From Rhodosorus marinus CCMP1338 (lineage: Eukaryota; Plantae; Rhodophyta): a stretch of 64,000 nucleotides of DNA. The translations under genes were made by a program, and so were the position numbers. Under the pieces are notes generated by a model that ran no database searches, had not been told where the DNA came from, and saw nothing but the letters and a program-made list of their open reading frames with translations. The stretch covers positions 2,046,001-2,110,000 of the forward strand of contig JAMWBK010000007.1 of NCBI GenBank assembly GCA_029953675.1, read 5' to 3'. This document shows, piece by piece, positions 46,353-61,537 of this stretch (position 1 is its first letter; each line of letters begins with the position of its first letter).

Positions 46353-49300
46353 CGTTGTCAACAAGATCCAACAAAACCACCACACACAACAGCAAACCCG
46401 AAAAGTCCCTCAACCTCGTTCTAGTCTACCAAACTCTTATCATCTCCAACCAATCAACCCTTCAAACATTCAGGCCCTCAACCTCACAACCCACGATGAA
46501 AGATTCACTACTTGGAATCTTCCTCCCCAATCGGCACAGCCTCCTTCTCTCTGAACTACCCAACGAACGAGCTCAGGCCCTTCGTAACCACCCTCCTCCC
46601 AAATCGCTTTTGACCAAGGTCACCCTAGTCTCTACCCCACTACCACCCACACCCCCCCGCCCCCTCCCAGTCCTCGAAGTTTCGCACTGTCGTTTGTTGC
46701 AAATCCTTCGCGGACCGTAAACCAAAAACCGTACCCTCCTTGACCATGGTCCTTATTTATCCGGATATGATGAAACTTTTTCTAATTTCTAAATCTTGCG
46801 GGGAAAGCGGCCGAAGAACTACCCCTACAACATTTACCTTTGACATTATGTTTTTCGCTCTTCAACGGGCCGCGGCGAAAGGTGAGATTTTGGAAAAAGC
46901 AACACCACCATGCCCGCGAAACGAAACCTCTGCTGCTGCAGGAATGGCCCGTAATTCTTTTGATGTTAAAAAAAAAGACAAGGAGGGGGGGGAGGTTTTG
47001 TCGATTGCATACCTTTAGCTTTTAATTTATTTCCCGTTTTCAAGGTCTGAGATCGTGTAAGATAGTTTCCTGGGAAAACGAAATTTCCTTAGAAGCCATT
47101 CCCGACCCCTTTCCCCCGGTCAAAGTAAAAACAGCAATCCGCACTACTTTGAGCAAAGATGAAAACCCTGGCTCTTCTTATTTCCAAAATTCTCGTTTTG
47201 TACTCCGAGTTTGAAAGGCTTGGTTTTCTTGATCCAAAGCGGCGTCGACTAGGCTTCATTTACCCGGGGGGTTGGCACCTGCGCCTAGTAAGGATTTAGA
47301 AGACACTGATGGAAAGGGCCACAGTAGTATTCAATCATTATCTTGTATTTAGATTCATCTGATATAGATATATTCCAGTTTCAATCGGTAGAGTCATAAG
47401 ATTTTCCCAGTTCAGGGGGGTTGTCTTCAATTCCCGCCGAGGGCCAGTCATCCATAGATAGGGTTCCACCTTGACGTATTCCCGTGAGTGAGATTATGCC
47501 GGAATTTCGATGCCAAGTGCATGAATAATTATTAAATAATCGGGGACGGGTTGATTTATTTCCCTAAAAGACAGACTACGGTCGTGCCCGAATTAGCGAG
47601 AGGGATCCCATCAATGCGAAGTAAATCCGACATTATTTGTATTTTGTAAATAAATACGGTACATACGGGAATATTCTTCTCTCGCACCCCGCTTATTTCT
47701 ACTGCGCGCCTTTCACCAATAAGGATGCTAATCCTGAGGCTTTTTTCCTGAAGAAAATGATATCTTCGTCTAGGAACGGTTAAATCTGAAGGTTCATGTC
47801 CAATAATCTTCGCCAAAGGTAACGAGTCCCTTATTAGCTTTTTTATTGGATAGAAGATCTAAGCACTGCTCTTTAAATGGCAGATCACCGCGCATTAGTT
47901 CACTCGTGTATCCAATTAATATATTCAATCGCCAGCTTACATCCCATGTGTAATCTTGATTCGCAGGGTACGCGAATATCCTATGCATGAAGTTGGTTTA
48001 TTAGACAACCCGTTTTCAGAGCTACTAGGGGCGGATGTCCAGGAAAATGGAAATTGCGGTTATGAAGTATTTGCGGTTTTGTGGTATATGGGGCGAGTCG
48101 ACACTTGAAAAGCTTGGTGCTTAGGACTCCAACGGTTTTCAAAGGCGGATTGCGCTTCATTCACAATCGGAACCGCAACATTCGGCCTCGGACAACGATC
48201 GCGTCATCAATGTCTAGTAAAGGTTTTTCCCCTGCCATGCTTCGGATTGGGTCCAGATGAGATAAGGTCAATAGCAATTGTGGAGGAGAACCCATTGATG
48301 CACTATTCCTGGTCCGAACTGCATGATGGTCTGGTCTGGTCTGTGAATTGTTTCGTTCTGAGTTGTACAGACCACGCGCTCACTAGCGCTGATCAAATTC
48401 TTCCTCACGTTCTGCGAAGGCATGTTATCCCGAAAACGGTCTTCCTTCCAAGTTTTTGTTTCCATTGGATACTATTTAAATACGTTTTTCGACTCCCCCA
48501 AGCCAGTCAGTTGTTCGCTGCATCTGCTTGCCCTAGCACAGCAGGGTCCACTTCAACTTACATGACCCACTCGAGAAGGTTTCTTACCCAACATCTGCTT
48601 TTGCTAGCCGCCGCAAATACTCCGTTGTCTTCTCGATCTTGTTGTCTCTGTGTCTCCTCCTTCCGCTTGGTTGCGCGTTTGCGTCCAGGAAATAATCCCA
48701 ATGGACGGTCATCCGGGTACATCAGGAACTCACTGACTCATGGCGCAACTATGAAAGACGACAGCAAGGCATTCTTAATAGATTGTGGTTGAACAGGCTG
48801 TCTCGAGATGAGCTTGAAGGGTGGTCAGCATGATACGCTCTTGCTTCTGCTTTTCTTCGAGTTGACAAGTTGCCGGCGGTGGCTCTAGGAAGCCAGCAGT
48901 AGTGCAGTGAACATAATGTTCTCTAGGGTAAGAAAATTTGCAAAGTTGATGTGCAACTGTGCGGACACGGTGTCCCGGCCGTCAACTTGTGGGCTTGTTG
49001 CACCGACAGGAATGGAACTCAGTTCAGAACTACAAATCCGCAATCAAACGTCAAATACGTCGATGAGTAGGCAATGAATCCATTCATCCAGACCTGATAC
49101 CTCAGATAGCGTCAAAGCTCAGCTTCGTCCCAAGGTCCGTACTGCTAATCCCATATTGCAACCGCAACAGCGGCCCTCATGTCCCATAGTCCCCATTTCC
49201 AAATCTAGGCCGGATTGGTGGGGGTTTTCAATAGTCGATGACTTTGAACATCTAGAACAAGCATTTTCTATTATTTCTAGTATATGACCTTATAATCGAA

Positions 49301-49790
49301 TTTATTTTGTTAAAGAAGGAATATTTTCTATATTATGAAGCATTCTATCTTGTTTTTGATAGACGCCCTTGATGGGAAACCCCTCGCGATCCATTGGGAG
49401 TGAACTATAATTTAGAAAGCCAAGAATAAAAATGTCTATCAACCTTCTGTTTTAGAAAACAAATCTATCTAATTTGATAAATATTAGGAAATTAAGATAT
49501 ATGGCGTATTTTATGGATAACCTTCCCCTTGTTTTTTCCAAGAATATTTTTCTCGCCTACAGGTTTTTTGGGGGGGAATGACTTGAAGTGGTCGTTGGAA
49601 GGTTACTAGCAAAGCTCCAAACTCGTTGATAGATGTTGTTGAGCACGGGGTTGGGCATGTGGCTGAAGCATGGAGAGGCTTTGTAACATAGCATGTTGAG
49701 GATGGATAAAACAATGTTCGTGGATATATGATAGTGTGAGGTGGTTTGGTCAATTTCGTTGTTTTTTTGGAACTGGTAATTTTTAAGAAT

Positions 49791-50786
49791 ATGTCTGGTG
49801 GAATCGGGGCCAGATTTCTTGTGATGGTGTTCGGCGCCGGAGCTGGAGGTTCTTACTTGTACACGAACCGTGATGAAGTCTCTTCGATGGCAAGGAACGT
49901 ATCCAGGGCTACTATTCATGAGCTCTCGAGGCCTGGGGCAGATAAAGTTCCAGCGGGTACTCTCTCCAAGGGCCGTTCCTCGGAAGAAGCGGATGCTTAC
50001 AAATCTTTGATATCTGAGCTTTCCACTCAGGTTAATAAGCTAACATCTCAAATTTCTCGACAAGGCTCCGAAAGACCGTCTGTGATGGTTTTATCTGGTC
50101 CGGAGTCCGAAGAATCATTTGTCCCGCAAATAGTTCTGCCGGCGATGTTAATTGTGCTTGGTACAACGGCAATCGTCATGCATAGAAAAGGTACGAGCTG
50201 GAAGAGAACTCACGGACTGGGCTAGTACTTACTGCGCTCTGCGCTCTCCGCGTCACAACCTTGGTTTTGGTTTGTTCGCTGCAAAATAGGAGTGACTTGG
50301 GCAGATGTACTTGGCGTCACGCAAAAGGCGTTCGCAAAATCTGTAGATCGAATGCAGGGCGGGCTGACAGCAGCGTTTACTAAACTGACAGTGGTACGAA
50401 ACGAACTTGTAGAGAGGCTGTGGCAGGTGGAGAAGAAGTTGCAGGTCACTAATAAGGAGCTTAAAACAAAAATCGAATTCGCGGTAGGGGATGCGAGAAA
50501 CTCCGTTGATGAGGTTGGCCAGCAAATAGAGTCTCTCCAGGATTCATTGCGTGGAATGGAGAATCAGTTTGGATCTATTGACAACAGCATGCAGTTCGCA
50601 GTTCGTGGGGTCCACATGCTATGCTCTTATGTAGCGGAAATCGGCAACTTGTCAACTCTGGCAAAATCGGAGCTAACCCAGTTTCTGGGTGCTGTGGAAG
50701 CGACTGGGGACCTTCCCAAGCTGGAGGCAGTATCAATAGGTTCTTCTGTACAGCTCAGTAGTGATGAAGCGACGAAGGAGCGCTGA
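49791..50786 (+). CDS. DUF1664-family membrane-anchored coiled-coil protein
   Basis: LVMVFGAGAGGSYLY, hydrophobic IVLPAMLIVLGTTAIV, spliced RKG|VTWADVLGVTQKAFAKSV then heptad-rich helix, ending AVRGVHMLCSYV; intron 50191-50289. Confidence 0.68.
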
Positions 50787-51855
50787 AGGATCGCTTCTGC
50801 GGCGAGCAAAAAGTGTATATGTTTCCGTGCAGGATCCTTGACGGCAACCCCGAGCGAGGACCGGTTCTAGTATCCTTAAAACCCAGGATATGTTGTTGTC
50901 TATATTAATGATTTGTGAAGGTGGCTGTGGCTCTGGAGTCGGCGAACGAGATCCCGTCGAGTTGCAGCTGCAGTTTTAACGCCCGGTAGAAAAGTTCTTT
51001 ATCAAAAATATTCCCTGTACTTTTTCAGATGACTGAGAACGCATCTCGTGAAGCAAGGCATTCCTGATGTTGCTTCTTGTGCAAAAGTCTTTGACCAGGA
51101 TGAAATCGTTTCGGGTAGGAGAAGCGATAGTGCGGACACCACCATGAGAAGCCTATTTCGCTCAAACGCTTCGATATCTCGAATTATCCCGAAGCACAAC
51201 ACCACTTTCGCTGCTCTGCGCTGGGAATGACCTTCTGGATGGCCGATACCAGAGAGCGGTTGCTTCTGTAGAACATCCACGGCACACAAGAGCAGAACAG
51301 CTCCTGGTGACAATGCAAGAAATCAGAAAAAACCTTTTCAGCTGCGTGAGACGTGCGCTTTGGTGGAACACGCAGGATGAGCTTCAGAATCAGACAGATG
51401 GGGAAATATTGTGATGTAAATAAACAAGTTATAGAGTACCACTATTGAAGGGCTAGGTTGCTGTTTTTAGGTCCTTGAGATCTTTTAGAAGAGTAATTTG
51501 CTTTCTTACCCAAAGCCCGACATCCCATCATAGGCCTCCGTACTGTGCCCGCCAAGGAGGGATGGTGACACTTATATAAAAACAATATTATAGTGATCTT
51601 ATAGTACATTCATTCACTCCTTTCAATCGTCGAGAATGTCTTAGTACGCAATTGGATGATTGAACTTCATTGTTAAGAGTCTCCTTTTCATGTTTTGCTG
51701 AATAGTGTGGCGGGTTTGCCCGGGTGGGGTTGATCAATGTGCAAGTTGGGATGGATAAGCCGTAGTCTGGAATGGGGTAGCCGGGAAAGCGAAAGTGATT
51801 TTGGTTTTGTATTGGATATCAACTAGACGTGAAGGACGTCTAGATCTTTGTCGTC

Positions 51856-54630
51856 ATGAATCCCGGAATGCCTAAGGATGCTCGAGAACGAGCAGTTCTT
51901 GTACAGCAGGTTGTCATTGAGTACTTACGAAAACGTGGATACAGATCAACTGAGAGGGAACTACTCGCGGAAATAAGCAAAGTATGTAGCTTTTGAGATG
52001 ATCCTCCCTTGAGTTCTTTTGAAGAACCTGAATAATGGATTCCACTCACGGTTTGTTTTGCATTTTCCGTTTTATTTTGTAGGAGGCTGATGCGTCGTAC
52101 GATGATGAATCAAGAAACGCGATGATGATAATAAACCGGTCAATGCGTGGTTACGATGAACAGCCAATGATGTATGAAGAGATGTACAGAGAGCTTCGGG
52201 ACTGGGCGGATGGATCACTGGATTTGTACAAAGGAGAACTTCATTCGGTGCTTTATCCTCATATGGTGCATTGTTTTCTTGAAATGGTAAGTGAGCGATC
52301 CATTCGCTGCTCTCTCCCCTATTTGCTTGGCCACATACGTCTGAAAAAAAGGCTTCATACGAGCAGGTAAAACGCGGTGCTTCGGCGGATGCACAAAGGT
52401 TTCTCAAGAAGTACGGGAAGGAATTCATGGCAAATTCAGAGAAACGCGCAGAGGAACTGAGGACGTTGATGGGAGTGACATCTACACAAATCCTACAGGA
52501 AAACGAGACAGCAAAACTTTTCTTGAACAACCGCTACGAGCTTTTCCTCTCGTCCTATGCTTTGGAGCTTCTGCTGGCGTTTCTAACTGACAATCCGCGA
52601 CGATACCTCCTGCTGAGAATTCTCAACCACAACTGCCGGATTCTTGATCATACTATTCCCACGGTACGTAAACTGTTCGCGTCTTTCGAACCTCGGTTCC
52701 GTGGAATGCGGCTTTGAATCTGATCGGTGACTGCTTTGATTTCATAAGGCTGGAAACCTCCTAGATGGGGCCTCCGGTTTCTTTGCAACGGAAGAGCAGA
52801 AAGCTTTGGCAAGCAAAGAGGTGCTTTGGGGTACACTGAAGGAGAAGGAGTACATTAAGGCCGATGAAACAGACGATAAGGATGCAAGTGATAACAAGGG
52901 AAAGGAAGAGGAGGAGGAGGAGAAGAAACCTCCTCACGTGGAAGCTGATGGATCCCTGTAAGTGAAGAACCTCTGCGTACAACCTCTTCTGGCCTCAATT
53001 GTGGTTGGGATTTTCTAAACTCTCCGCTAACTTTGGATAGGTCCGAGGCCCTCGTTCCGATTCCGAAGTACCGCGTCGGGGCCACTGGATTAGAAAATCT
53101 TACGGCAAACACGAAAGGTCGAGTAGCATTGTCCAGGTCTTCTTTACCATCGTGCCTATTCTATACGTTCGCCAATACGCGCGGATGCGCGATGAACTGC
53201 CTCACCATGTCTGCAGATGCATCACTCGTAGCTGCAGGATTCCAAGAATCGTCCGTCAGAGTTTGGGACTATAAGGTACGGACTTCATTTCCACTTCCAC
53301 ACATAAGCGGCGCTCGGCACAAGAAAATGGGATATAAAAAGTCATAACACATGCGTGTTGGCACCTTTTCTACCTTCTTGCAGAGCGGTCAACAGCATGG
53401 AACCAAACTTGTCGGGCATTCCGGACCGGTGTTTGCGGTTGATATGAGTTTTTGCAGTCAATTCCTTCTAAGCGGGAGCGAGGACGGGACTGCTCGTCTA
53501 TGGAGCATTCCCTTGAAGTCAGACTTGGTAGGCGCTGGGCTCCAGGAAACTCGTGAGGGTAAAAGAAGGTGAAGTCTCACCAATTATCGATGCGGTTCTA
53601 TTGAATGTTTTCAGGTTGCCTTTCGTGGTCACAACCATCCTATTTGGAGTGTTGCCTGGGGACCATACGGGCACTACTTTGTGACTGGCAGTCACGACAG
53701 CACTGCAAGGATTTGGAGCACGGAGAGGTAAGCTTTCTGCTCCTTAGAGCTAGCTAGAAGCTTTGTGATGAACTAACGAGTTTTGAGTCTCTCATCAACT
53801 CGTCTTCTCCCGGCACTCATTACAGAATATCTCCGTTGAGGATATTATCCGGACATTTGTCAGATGTGGAGGCGACCGTCTGGCACCCAAACTGCACCTA
53901 CGTGGCCACAGGATCTACGGATCTAACCTCAAGATTGTGGGACCTCAGAGTCGGTGATTGTGTACGCGTTTTTGGCACGCATTCCGGACCGCTGCAGGCG
54001 CTCGCCTTTTCACCTAATGGTAGATACTTGGCAATGTCCGGGAACACGAAGGACATCCATGTCTGGGACATTGCGGAAGGCAGACAAGTAAGCAGAACAT
54101 CGCTTTAGCGCTAGAACGTTGTTAGAAGTGCCCAAAGTGCTCACGGAACGTTTCTTGGCTCCTAGGTGCAAAGACTGAAGGGCCACGAAGCTTCGGTCTG
54201 GCATTTGGCCTACTCGTGCGAGGGCTCTGTTCTTGCGTCTGCTTCCGCTGACAACACGGTACGGGTGTGGGACGCAACAACCAGCGGAGGAGGAAAGAAA
54301 TTGCTTGGCGGCGCATCGCCAGTGTCAGCTACAGTCAACGGGACTCCTGAAGCTGGCGGGAAGGCTGATGGACCGGCGAAGACCAGCACAACGCCCATGG
54401 ACACTGCAGGCTCAACGACAGGATCAGCGGCGGCTCCCGCAGCTTCGCCCACAACATCTGCCGGAACAGCGGCGGCCTCTTGGGGGGGTCAACCGAGCAC
54501 GTCAGCTCACCTATCTCAAAAGACCGAGTCCCCTCTGCTGTGTACGCTACGAACGAAACGTACGCCAGCGTTCTACGTGCGCTTCACCCGTAAGAACTTG
54601 ATGGTCGCAGGTGGTGCATACGGCTGCTGA
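51856..54630 (+). CDS. TAF5: TFIID subunit 5 (LisH, NTD2, WD40), multi-exon
   Basis: VIEYLRKRGY (LisH); YRELRDWADGSLDLYKGELHSVLYPHMVHCFLEMV (NTD2); LPSCLFYTF; WD40 repeats GHSGPVFAV, GHNHPIWSV, GHLSDVEATVWHPNCTYVATGSTD, GHEASVWHLAYS. Confidence 0.95.
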
Positions 54631-55468
54631 GGAATGCGGACACCTACTGTACTCTTTTAGCCCGCGCAGAAATAGGAATTTCGAATAGCTTCATATCCCA
54701 CGGCCAAGTGGGTGTTGGCAGTGGGGATACATCCCGCTCATTCGAGAGACAAGCATAAATATTATTCAATCCAATTCGCCACAGCAGACTCCAGTTCGCA
54801 TCCACGAAGGCGAGTGTGTTCCAACTCGTTACGAATGCTGGGGTGAGTCCCTTTTTTCTTGGCCGTGGGACTGTGTAGCCCGCACGGATCGCGGCTCGCA
54901 GTACATACCAGCATCTTAAACGTCATTGTCAAGGAAGAAGCGAGGACCGTTTTGATTACTAAGAACCACGAGATTATTCATTGTACGCACCAAAGAAACA
55001 CCGCGTGCTGAGGATTGGAAGACGGTCTCGAAAAACAGTTCCACTTTCTTTTCGTTTTTGACCGCCCTCATGCCTTTATTCGCGGTGTGATACTTCCAAA
55101 TTTTGCTCCAGTGAAGGACGGCATATAGACAAAGACTAGCTCATCGAGCTCAAACGCCAACTGAACTACGGGACAGCTTAGCGGTGAACGCTGAAGAGGC
55201 AAAAAAACAACTTGAATGGGACATCTGGATCAAGGCAATCCATGGACTTTTGTTTTCAAAATAAACTAGTGAGGGACAGAAACGGTCCGTCTCATGGGAC
55301 ATATCCGGATATGGGACAGTGTGGGACAGCACTGTTTTGATACTTCGTTTGGTTTTGAAGGATGAGGATCTATTGAGATATATACTCGGAAGAATTTGGT
55401 AGGGATGGGTAAGGCACTGGGAGGGGCTGAGGGTGATAATTTAGAGAATCACAGTAGTTTTGAACAAT

Positions 55469-58400
55469 ATGGGGACATATGAGCTCAGTGCAGAGTTGTT
55501 TGGTCATGAATCTGACGTGCGATGTTGCGGGGTGATTGACTCTGGCCGGGTCATCAGTGGGTCTAGGGACTCTAGTGTAATTTTTTGGGAGAGAAATAAG
55601 GATAATGGACGAGATTTTGGTCCTTCTAAGAGGTTCGAAGGTCACGAGCATTTCGTGAATGCGGTTACCGTCGTCAATACAACACTGATCGCGTCTGGTA
55701 GTGCTGATAAGACGATTCGGTTGTGGTAATGTTTGCGGTGACACGTTTGAGCTTTTTTTTCTCTTGACGCAAACGAAACAATCGCATTTATTCAACTAAC
55801 GTGTTAAGTGGTTCGTTCCCCTTCCTTTTTTTCTCAAAAGGAACATCGAGTCCGGGAAGTGTGTTCTGATTCTTGCAGAGCACACCGCGGCTGTCTGTTC
55901 CCTGAAGATCGCGGAAGACAAAATGGAGATTATTTCCAGCTCGTGGGACAACACAGCTCGACTATGGAAACTCTCTCCTGGTGAAGGTATTTCAATTTCT
56001 GGATTCTGCATTTTCTTCATGGTTGTCAACGGGAACTGAGCAACCAACCATTCATAGGAGATGAGATAACCGGCTCTTGTACGGCCGTGTTCAGAGGTCA
56101 CGAAGCTGCGGTGTGGGATGCGATGAGCTGTGCTGGAAAGATACTAACAGCTTCAGCTGATAAAACCATCAAACTATGGGACAAGGCAAACGGGACTTGC
56201 CTGACAACCCTCGCTGGGCATACCGATGTCGTCAGGAACTTAGCCCCAGCCCCTGGGAATGGTGAGCAAAAAGCAGCTACTCACTTTCTCTAAGATGGCA
56301 GGCATCTGAAGCCTTACAAATACCGCAAATGTGGAAAACGACAGGGTTCTTCTCAGCTTCTAACGATGGAAGCGCAAGGCTATGGAAGATGACGGCACAG
56401 AATAACTATGAGAACGTCAACGTGCTATCAGCACTCCACGACGACCATTTCATTTACTGCGCTAGTTCACTCGTTTCGTCTACGATGGAGGAGACTTCAC
56501 TGCTTGCCACTGGCGGAGAAGACAAAAACGTCAAGGTACGACGGATGCATCCAATTCCTCACCCTGCACCTTGTCTTCAAAGTCGTCTTCCAACAAGTTT
56601 CCTCGTCGTTTTTTTTTACCAGATTGTTGAACTTGGATCAGACACGATCATGAAACCAATCGCTTCGGTACGTGATTCTTCCGTGGCTATCGTTGCCATT
56701 TTCTTCGCTTGTTGTCCCTACCCCTTGCTCCATCCACTCATACACATCAACGTCCTTCCAGATTCCGCACCCAGGGACAGTTTGGGCGGTTCATTTCATT
56801 GGGAACGGAGACGTATTAACTGGATGCTCTGATGGTCGAGCTCGAATCTTTACAACGGATAAGGAACGTGTAGCTTCGGAGATGGTTCTATCAGACTATG
56901 AGAATTCTTTGGCACAGCAGCAGGTGTGAAACAGGACTTATTTAAAACCGAACCGCGAGCGGTTTCCAGCCCATTGTCAGGAACATTGTGTTTCTGTATT
57001 TAACGGGATCCATTGCGATTGCTCTAGGTGAGCACCAAGTTGATTGGTGATGTGGATGTAGCGAAACTACCCGATGCCGAGACAGCATTGAGCGAACCCG
57101 GAGTTAAGGATGGTCAGAATCTTATCGTGAGGAGGGGAAATGTCGCTGAGGGTAGGTTTCAGAAAAGCAGTGAGATAATCTTGGGTCTTTTGCTGTTTGA
57201 AATGGTTTTAACACGTCATCGGAATTCACGCTCCGTGGCTCTGTGAAGTGTATATGTGGGTAGATCCTGCTAGCAAATGGATGAAAGTAGGAGATGTTGT
57301 AGACAACCCAGACGGGGGTGGTGGCGGTGGTGCGAGTGGCGGAGACGGAACGAGCGGCGGCACCATTGATGGCAGGTATTATGACTTTGTTTTCGATGTT
57401 GAAGTTGAGGAGGGAGGAGCGAACAGATCGCTCGGCTATAACCGCGGTAAACCTGTTGGTCAAACTGTTGGGATACTTTAGTATGGATTCGCCTGATGTT
57501 CTTGCCGTAGAACGGGAACTGATATTCCTACCGTGTGCTTATATTGAAGGCGAGAACCCGTATGAGGCAGCTCAGCGTTTCGTAGAGCAGAATGAGCTTA
57601 GCGGGGGTGACTACTTGGATCAAATCGCCAAATTCATAGAGCAGAATGTCAGCGCCGACAATCGTATCGTTGCAGCTCCACCAGTGGCACGGGATCCATT
57701 CACGGGGGGAAATCGGTGAGAGCAATACCGTGGCTTGCTTTGGTGGGAAGTCGAGGACAAAATGCTCAGAAAGGAACTGCTCATTGTGATTTTGCGCAGG
57801 TACGTTCCGGGAGCTGTAAAACCTGGCGCCAGTCACAGTGGTGGAGCTGCAACTGGTGGTAATCAGTTTGCTCCGGCAAGATACGTGCCAGGCGGGAGCA
57901 ACACCGTACCAGTCCCAAAGGAGGAACCGAAACACATTCCCGCTACCACCTATGTACTATACACGTCAACGGATCAGGAGAAGAAGATTGTGGAAAAGCT
58001 GAGAGAGAACAATGACAAAGCAGCGAAGGACGGACTCAATTTAAGCTCAGAGGAGCTGGAGTACTTAGTGGCGACGACAGTTCCCAAGGTCTGCGCGTCA
58101 AAACCGTCTGCAGTGGACGCAAAGGACGCAGGGTTGATACTGAAAGCGTCAAGATGGAGCTCAGAGCTGTTGGTACCAGTTTTAGACCTTGGTATGTCTT
58201 TAAGGTGGAGAACTCAACTAGCACGGACTGTGCAGGATGTACTGTTTGATCTCTCTCTAAAATCTAACCCTCGCTTTTTCGTTGGCCCCCCTTTGGCCCT
58301 CCCAAGCACGACTGGCCGTAAATGAACCATCTATCCAGGAACAGTTCATCAACGGAGATGATGCGATTATGCACGTGGTTTTGCAGAAGGTTCTTTCTGA

Positions 58401-59173
58401 GGATGGTGTGAGCCCGGCAATCCTGATTCTATCCTGTCGCTTCTTCTGCAACTTGTTCGGAGCTCCTTCTGGCATAGAAACAGCGAAAGTGTGAGTTTGA
58501 CATTTTACCATCGGCCACGCTTGTACATACTGAGGAAGGTCGTCTATCGAAGAATCATTTCCAAGGTGGACTTCTGACGAACAGGGATTATGATCTGACT
58601 TGAAAACGCTAGGAATATGTCAAGGATCCTCGAGCAAGTGTCGGTCGCTAGGAGCTCTCCGAATCGAAGAGTGAGGGAGACATATGCGAGCCTGCTGTAC
58701 AACTACGCCATCGCACTGAAAGGGGACTCTCGAGTCGATGCTGTACTTGAAGCGGCGTTCCTGGTTTTCACTGCATCAGAAAAGGATGAGCCGGTAAGTC
58801 GCATCGAAGCTCGAACTCAGAAGGACCTCCCAGATCTCATTGTCAGAACCGTGATGTCTCCAATCGAGCAAATTTTCTCAATTTGTTGGCTGATAATTGC
58901 TTCAGGTACTGTATCGCATCTTGGTGGCTGTTGGGACGGGCATGAGCGGTTCCAAGGTAGGCGCTCTGCTCTTGAATCGAGAGGGAATGCAACGAATGCT
59001 TTTTCACATAAGTCTGATTGAAGAGGTTGTTCGTCTTTCTCGCATTCCACGCCTAGGAGGCTACCCTGACAGCTCAAAAGCTTGGAGTAGCCGAAGCGGC
59101 CTCAAGCACCGCTTCCATATCCTCAAGGTTAATGAGCTGCGCTAATGAGATTGCCCAACTTCTTTTCATGTAA
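55469..59173 (+). CDS. DOA1: DOA1/UFD3/PLAA ubiquitin-Cdc48 adaptor (WD40-PFU-PUL), multi-exon
   Basis: YELSAELFGHESDVR, WD40 repeats, LTGCSDGRARIF, WMKVGDVV, GRYYDFVFDVEVEEG, LGYNR|GENPYEAAQRFVEQNEL...YLDQIAKFIEQN (PFU), PUL-like ASLLYNYAIA, YRILVAVGT; last exon ends TAA at 59173. Confidence 0.93.
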
Positions 59174-61537
59174 CTTGGCTCGAGCGGATGGGCATCTCGT
59201 AGTCAAGGCACACCGATGCGGTTTGTACAATGCTAGCATGAGTTTGAGTTTCCAGCCTGAGGAAACGCGCGAAACCTGTTTGTGGAGATTGATGACCGGA
59301 CGGGGAGTGTAGTTTAACACCTGCTATTACAGACTACCTCCTCCACTCTGAATGCTGCCTCTAGCAATCCTCTTATTTTTCCAGAGACACCTTCAACATG
59401 TAACTGTAGAAAGGCAAAGATATGGACTGAGGAACACCTGTTACAGGAGTGCCGTCCGTCTGTGGAAGACTCTAGTAAACACCAGCATTGCGCATAGCCA
59501 GCGAAAGAGCTGCTTGTGGGGCGGATAACGTTATAGCTTGGCTAGATCCTCCGTAGCGGCAGCCTCTACATGCCAGCTATCTGCTACAGAGAAACAGTGA
59601 CTAGCCAACACGCTTCGAAAAGCTTTTGCTTTACGCACATTCCGGGATTGCTTGCTAAAGACCCTAAAAGCGAGCAAGTCGGTTGAACATGGAGTTCGAC
59701 CATCCGCATCGTCTTCCACGTTTCGAATCTCTATTCACGCGCATATGTGCCAGCGAGCTTGCGTTCCTTGTGGATCCATTGGTGGCTCTGATAACGGAGC
59801 TTTAATCATGAGATTATGGATCTAATGAGAGCCCGCGAACGCCTTTCTCTGCCCAGCTTTCTCAAATCGGGTATGCAGGCATCTGAAAGATTCTGGCAGA
59901 TCCTTGTCCTTATTCGTCAAACTCATCGGTAGTGCAACACCACACCAACTAACACGGTTGTCTCCAGTGGACATTAAAAAGGCATTAATTCTGAAGTATT
60001 TCCAGGGGAGGACTCATCTGGTCAGTAGCTCGCCAAATATGCTCCCCAGAATTCGGGGATCTGAACGGTTGAGCAAATTTTGGAGTTCTGAATCCACGCG
60101 GAGGGACACATACCAACGCCGCAATCCTTCGTTTGGGCACATTTTCTGGTGAATCCATACCCACATTCTCAACCATTGTTGGGAACAAGTACCATCGAAC
60201 TAGTGTAAAACAATCTCCCCGCCAGCAGCACTATCCGCCGTTTTTCGTCGTATTCAGCCCGTATAAACGTCGTGCTTAGATCATCACGGGACACGATCTG
60301 GTGAGAAGGCAATCACCTTACTGTAAATTCGTATCCCCGCCAGTTGCGTTGCACCTCCCTCCCCCCTTGTCGTCCTCCTCAAACCACCTTTCGTCTATTA
60401 TTCAATCAGCAATCAAAAAAGTGGAGAGAATTTTCCAAAACACTTGAATCAAAAGTTCACCAGCAATTGGCAATATACTGTAAAATTCTGTTCTCCTCTA
60501 CCGCACCCATGAAATCCCCCACCAGTTCGCCCCTCCAGAGCTATCCCTATTAAAAATAGAAAGTTTTCAGGGCTTCTCTGTTCGTTAAGCTCACATGTGA
60601 TTCATAATGACTGATATATCAATCTATAAAACGTAGTTAAAGCTCAATTTATTTTTCGAGTTTTCAGGTTTTCGGTGTTGAGACTGACACTGTTCATGTA
60701 TTCCTACATATTTGGACCTTTTTCTGAACCATAGCTTTTCTAAATTTCAAGTAGAATGACTTGAAATCTAGCTCATTTGGCCCCCCACCCCAGCGCGATC
60801 ACTGAATGTTGGGGGTTTACAGGAGTCGGGGGTTGAGTTTCAGGCTCCGCCATGCCAGCACCGAAAATGACTGACAGGTCAATCCGCTATTTAGAATCAC
60901 ATGATCTTAATCGGTATATGTAGTCCTATTGACTGAAAATCTAATTATATATTTACTATATAAATATTGTATAGTCCATCATGCACGAATCAAAGTACGG
61001 TATAAGTTGATTTTGACTAGACATCTACCAACTGAGATAGTTTTTGTAAAAGCAACACACTATTTCAGCCCCGCCGGAGAGGATTGTTAATTATTTAAAC
61101 AAGACGGACTTTTCCGTACGCAAAGGTTATTAAAAATTCGATTGATTTGTTTTCGTTTTCATAAGCTTTCTCCAGTGGCACGGTTTTCGGTCTCTTTGGG
61201 TTGGATATGAAGAATGAAAGTATCTTAATCTTTTCGGCTGTTGTAGGACACGTACTGGAGTTTAATTCGTCTTATCAATAGACGCAAGGAAGATCATTGG
61301 TCAATTAGGATTGATTGTTGAGGCGGACCCCATCAGGAAACCTCGGATTTGCTTCCTGATTCAGCAAAGACGGAGGGACCTATGCTTTGGTTACGGTTGG
61401 GGTGTCCATAGCATAAATAGTCTCAGATCGGTAGCTTGGGGAAGGCATTTGGGAAGGCGAACTGTTGGATGAGAAGAGCTTTTTCAGAAGAAATAGTTTG
61501 AACTGAAATTTTCTGGTGTTGATTTGAAATCGCAACG

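Noticed and set aside
47340-48000. Decayed viral or plasmid gene in an AT-rich block (ORFs 47556-47816 and 47794-47988)
   Set aside because: No recognisable motif in any frame; short ORFs with stops cannot be told apart from intergenic sequence without a search.
48247-48792. 181-aa ORF as a real gene
   Set aside because: Non-ATG start, no motif, no consistent exon model on either strand.
59531-60510. Multi-exon minus-strand gene downstream of DOA1
   Set aside because: Some splice-like sites and a skewed leader exist, but the candidate exons could not be joined without stops; kept only as an orphan-transcript prediction.
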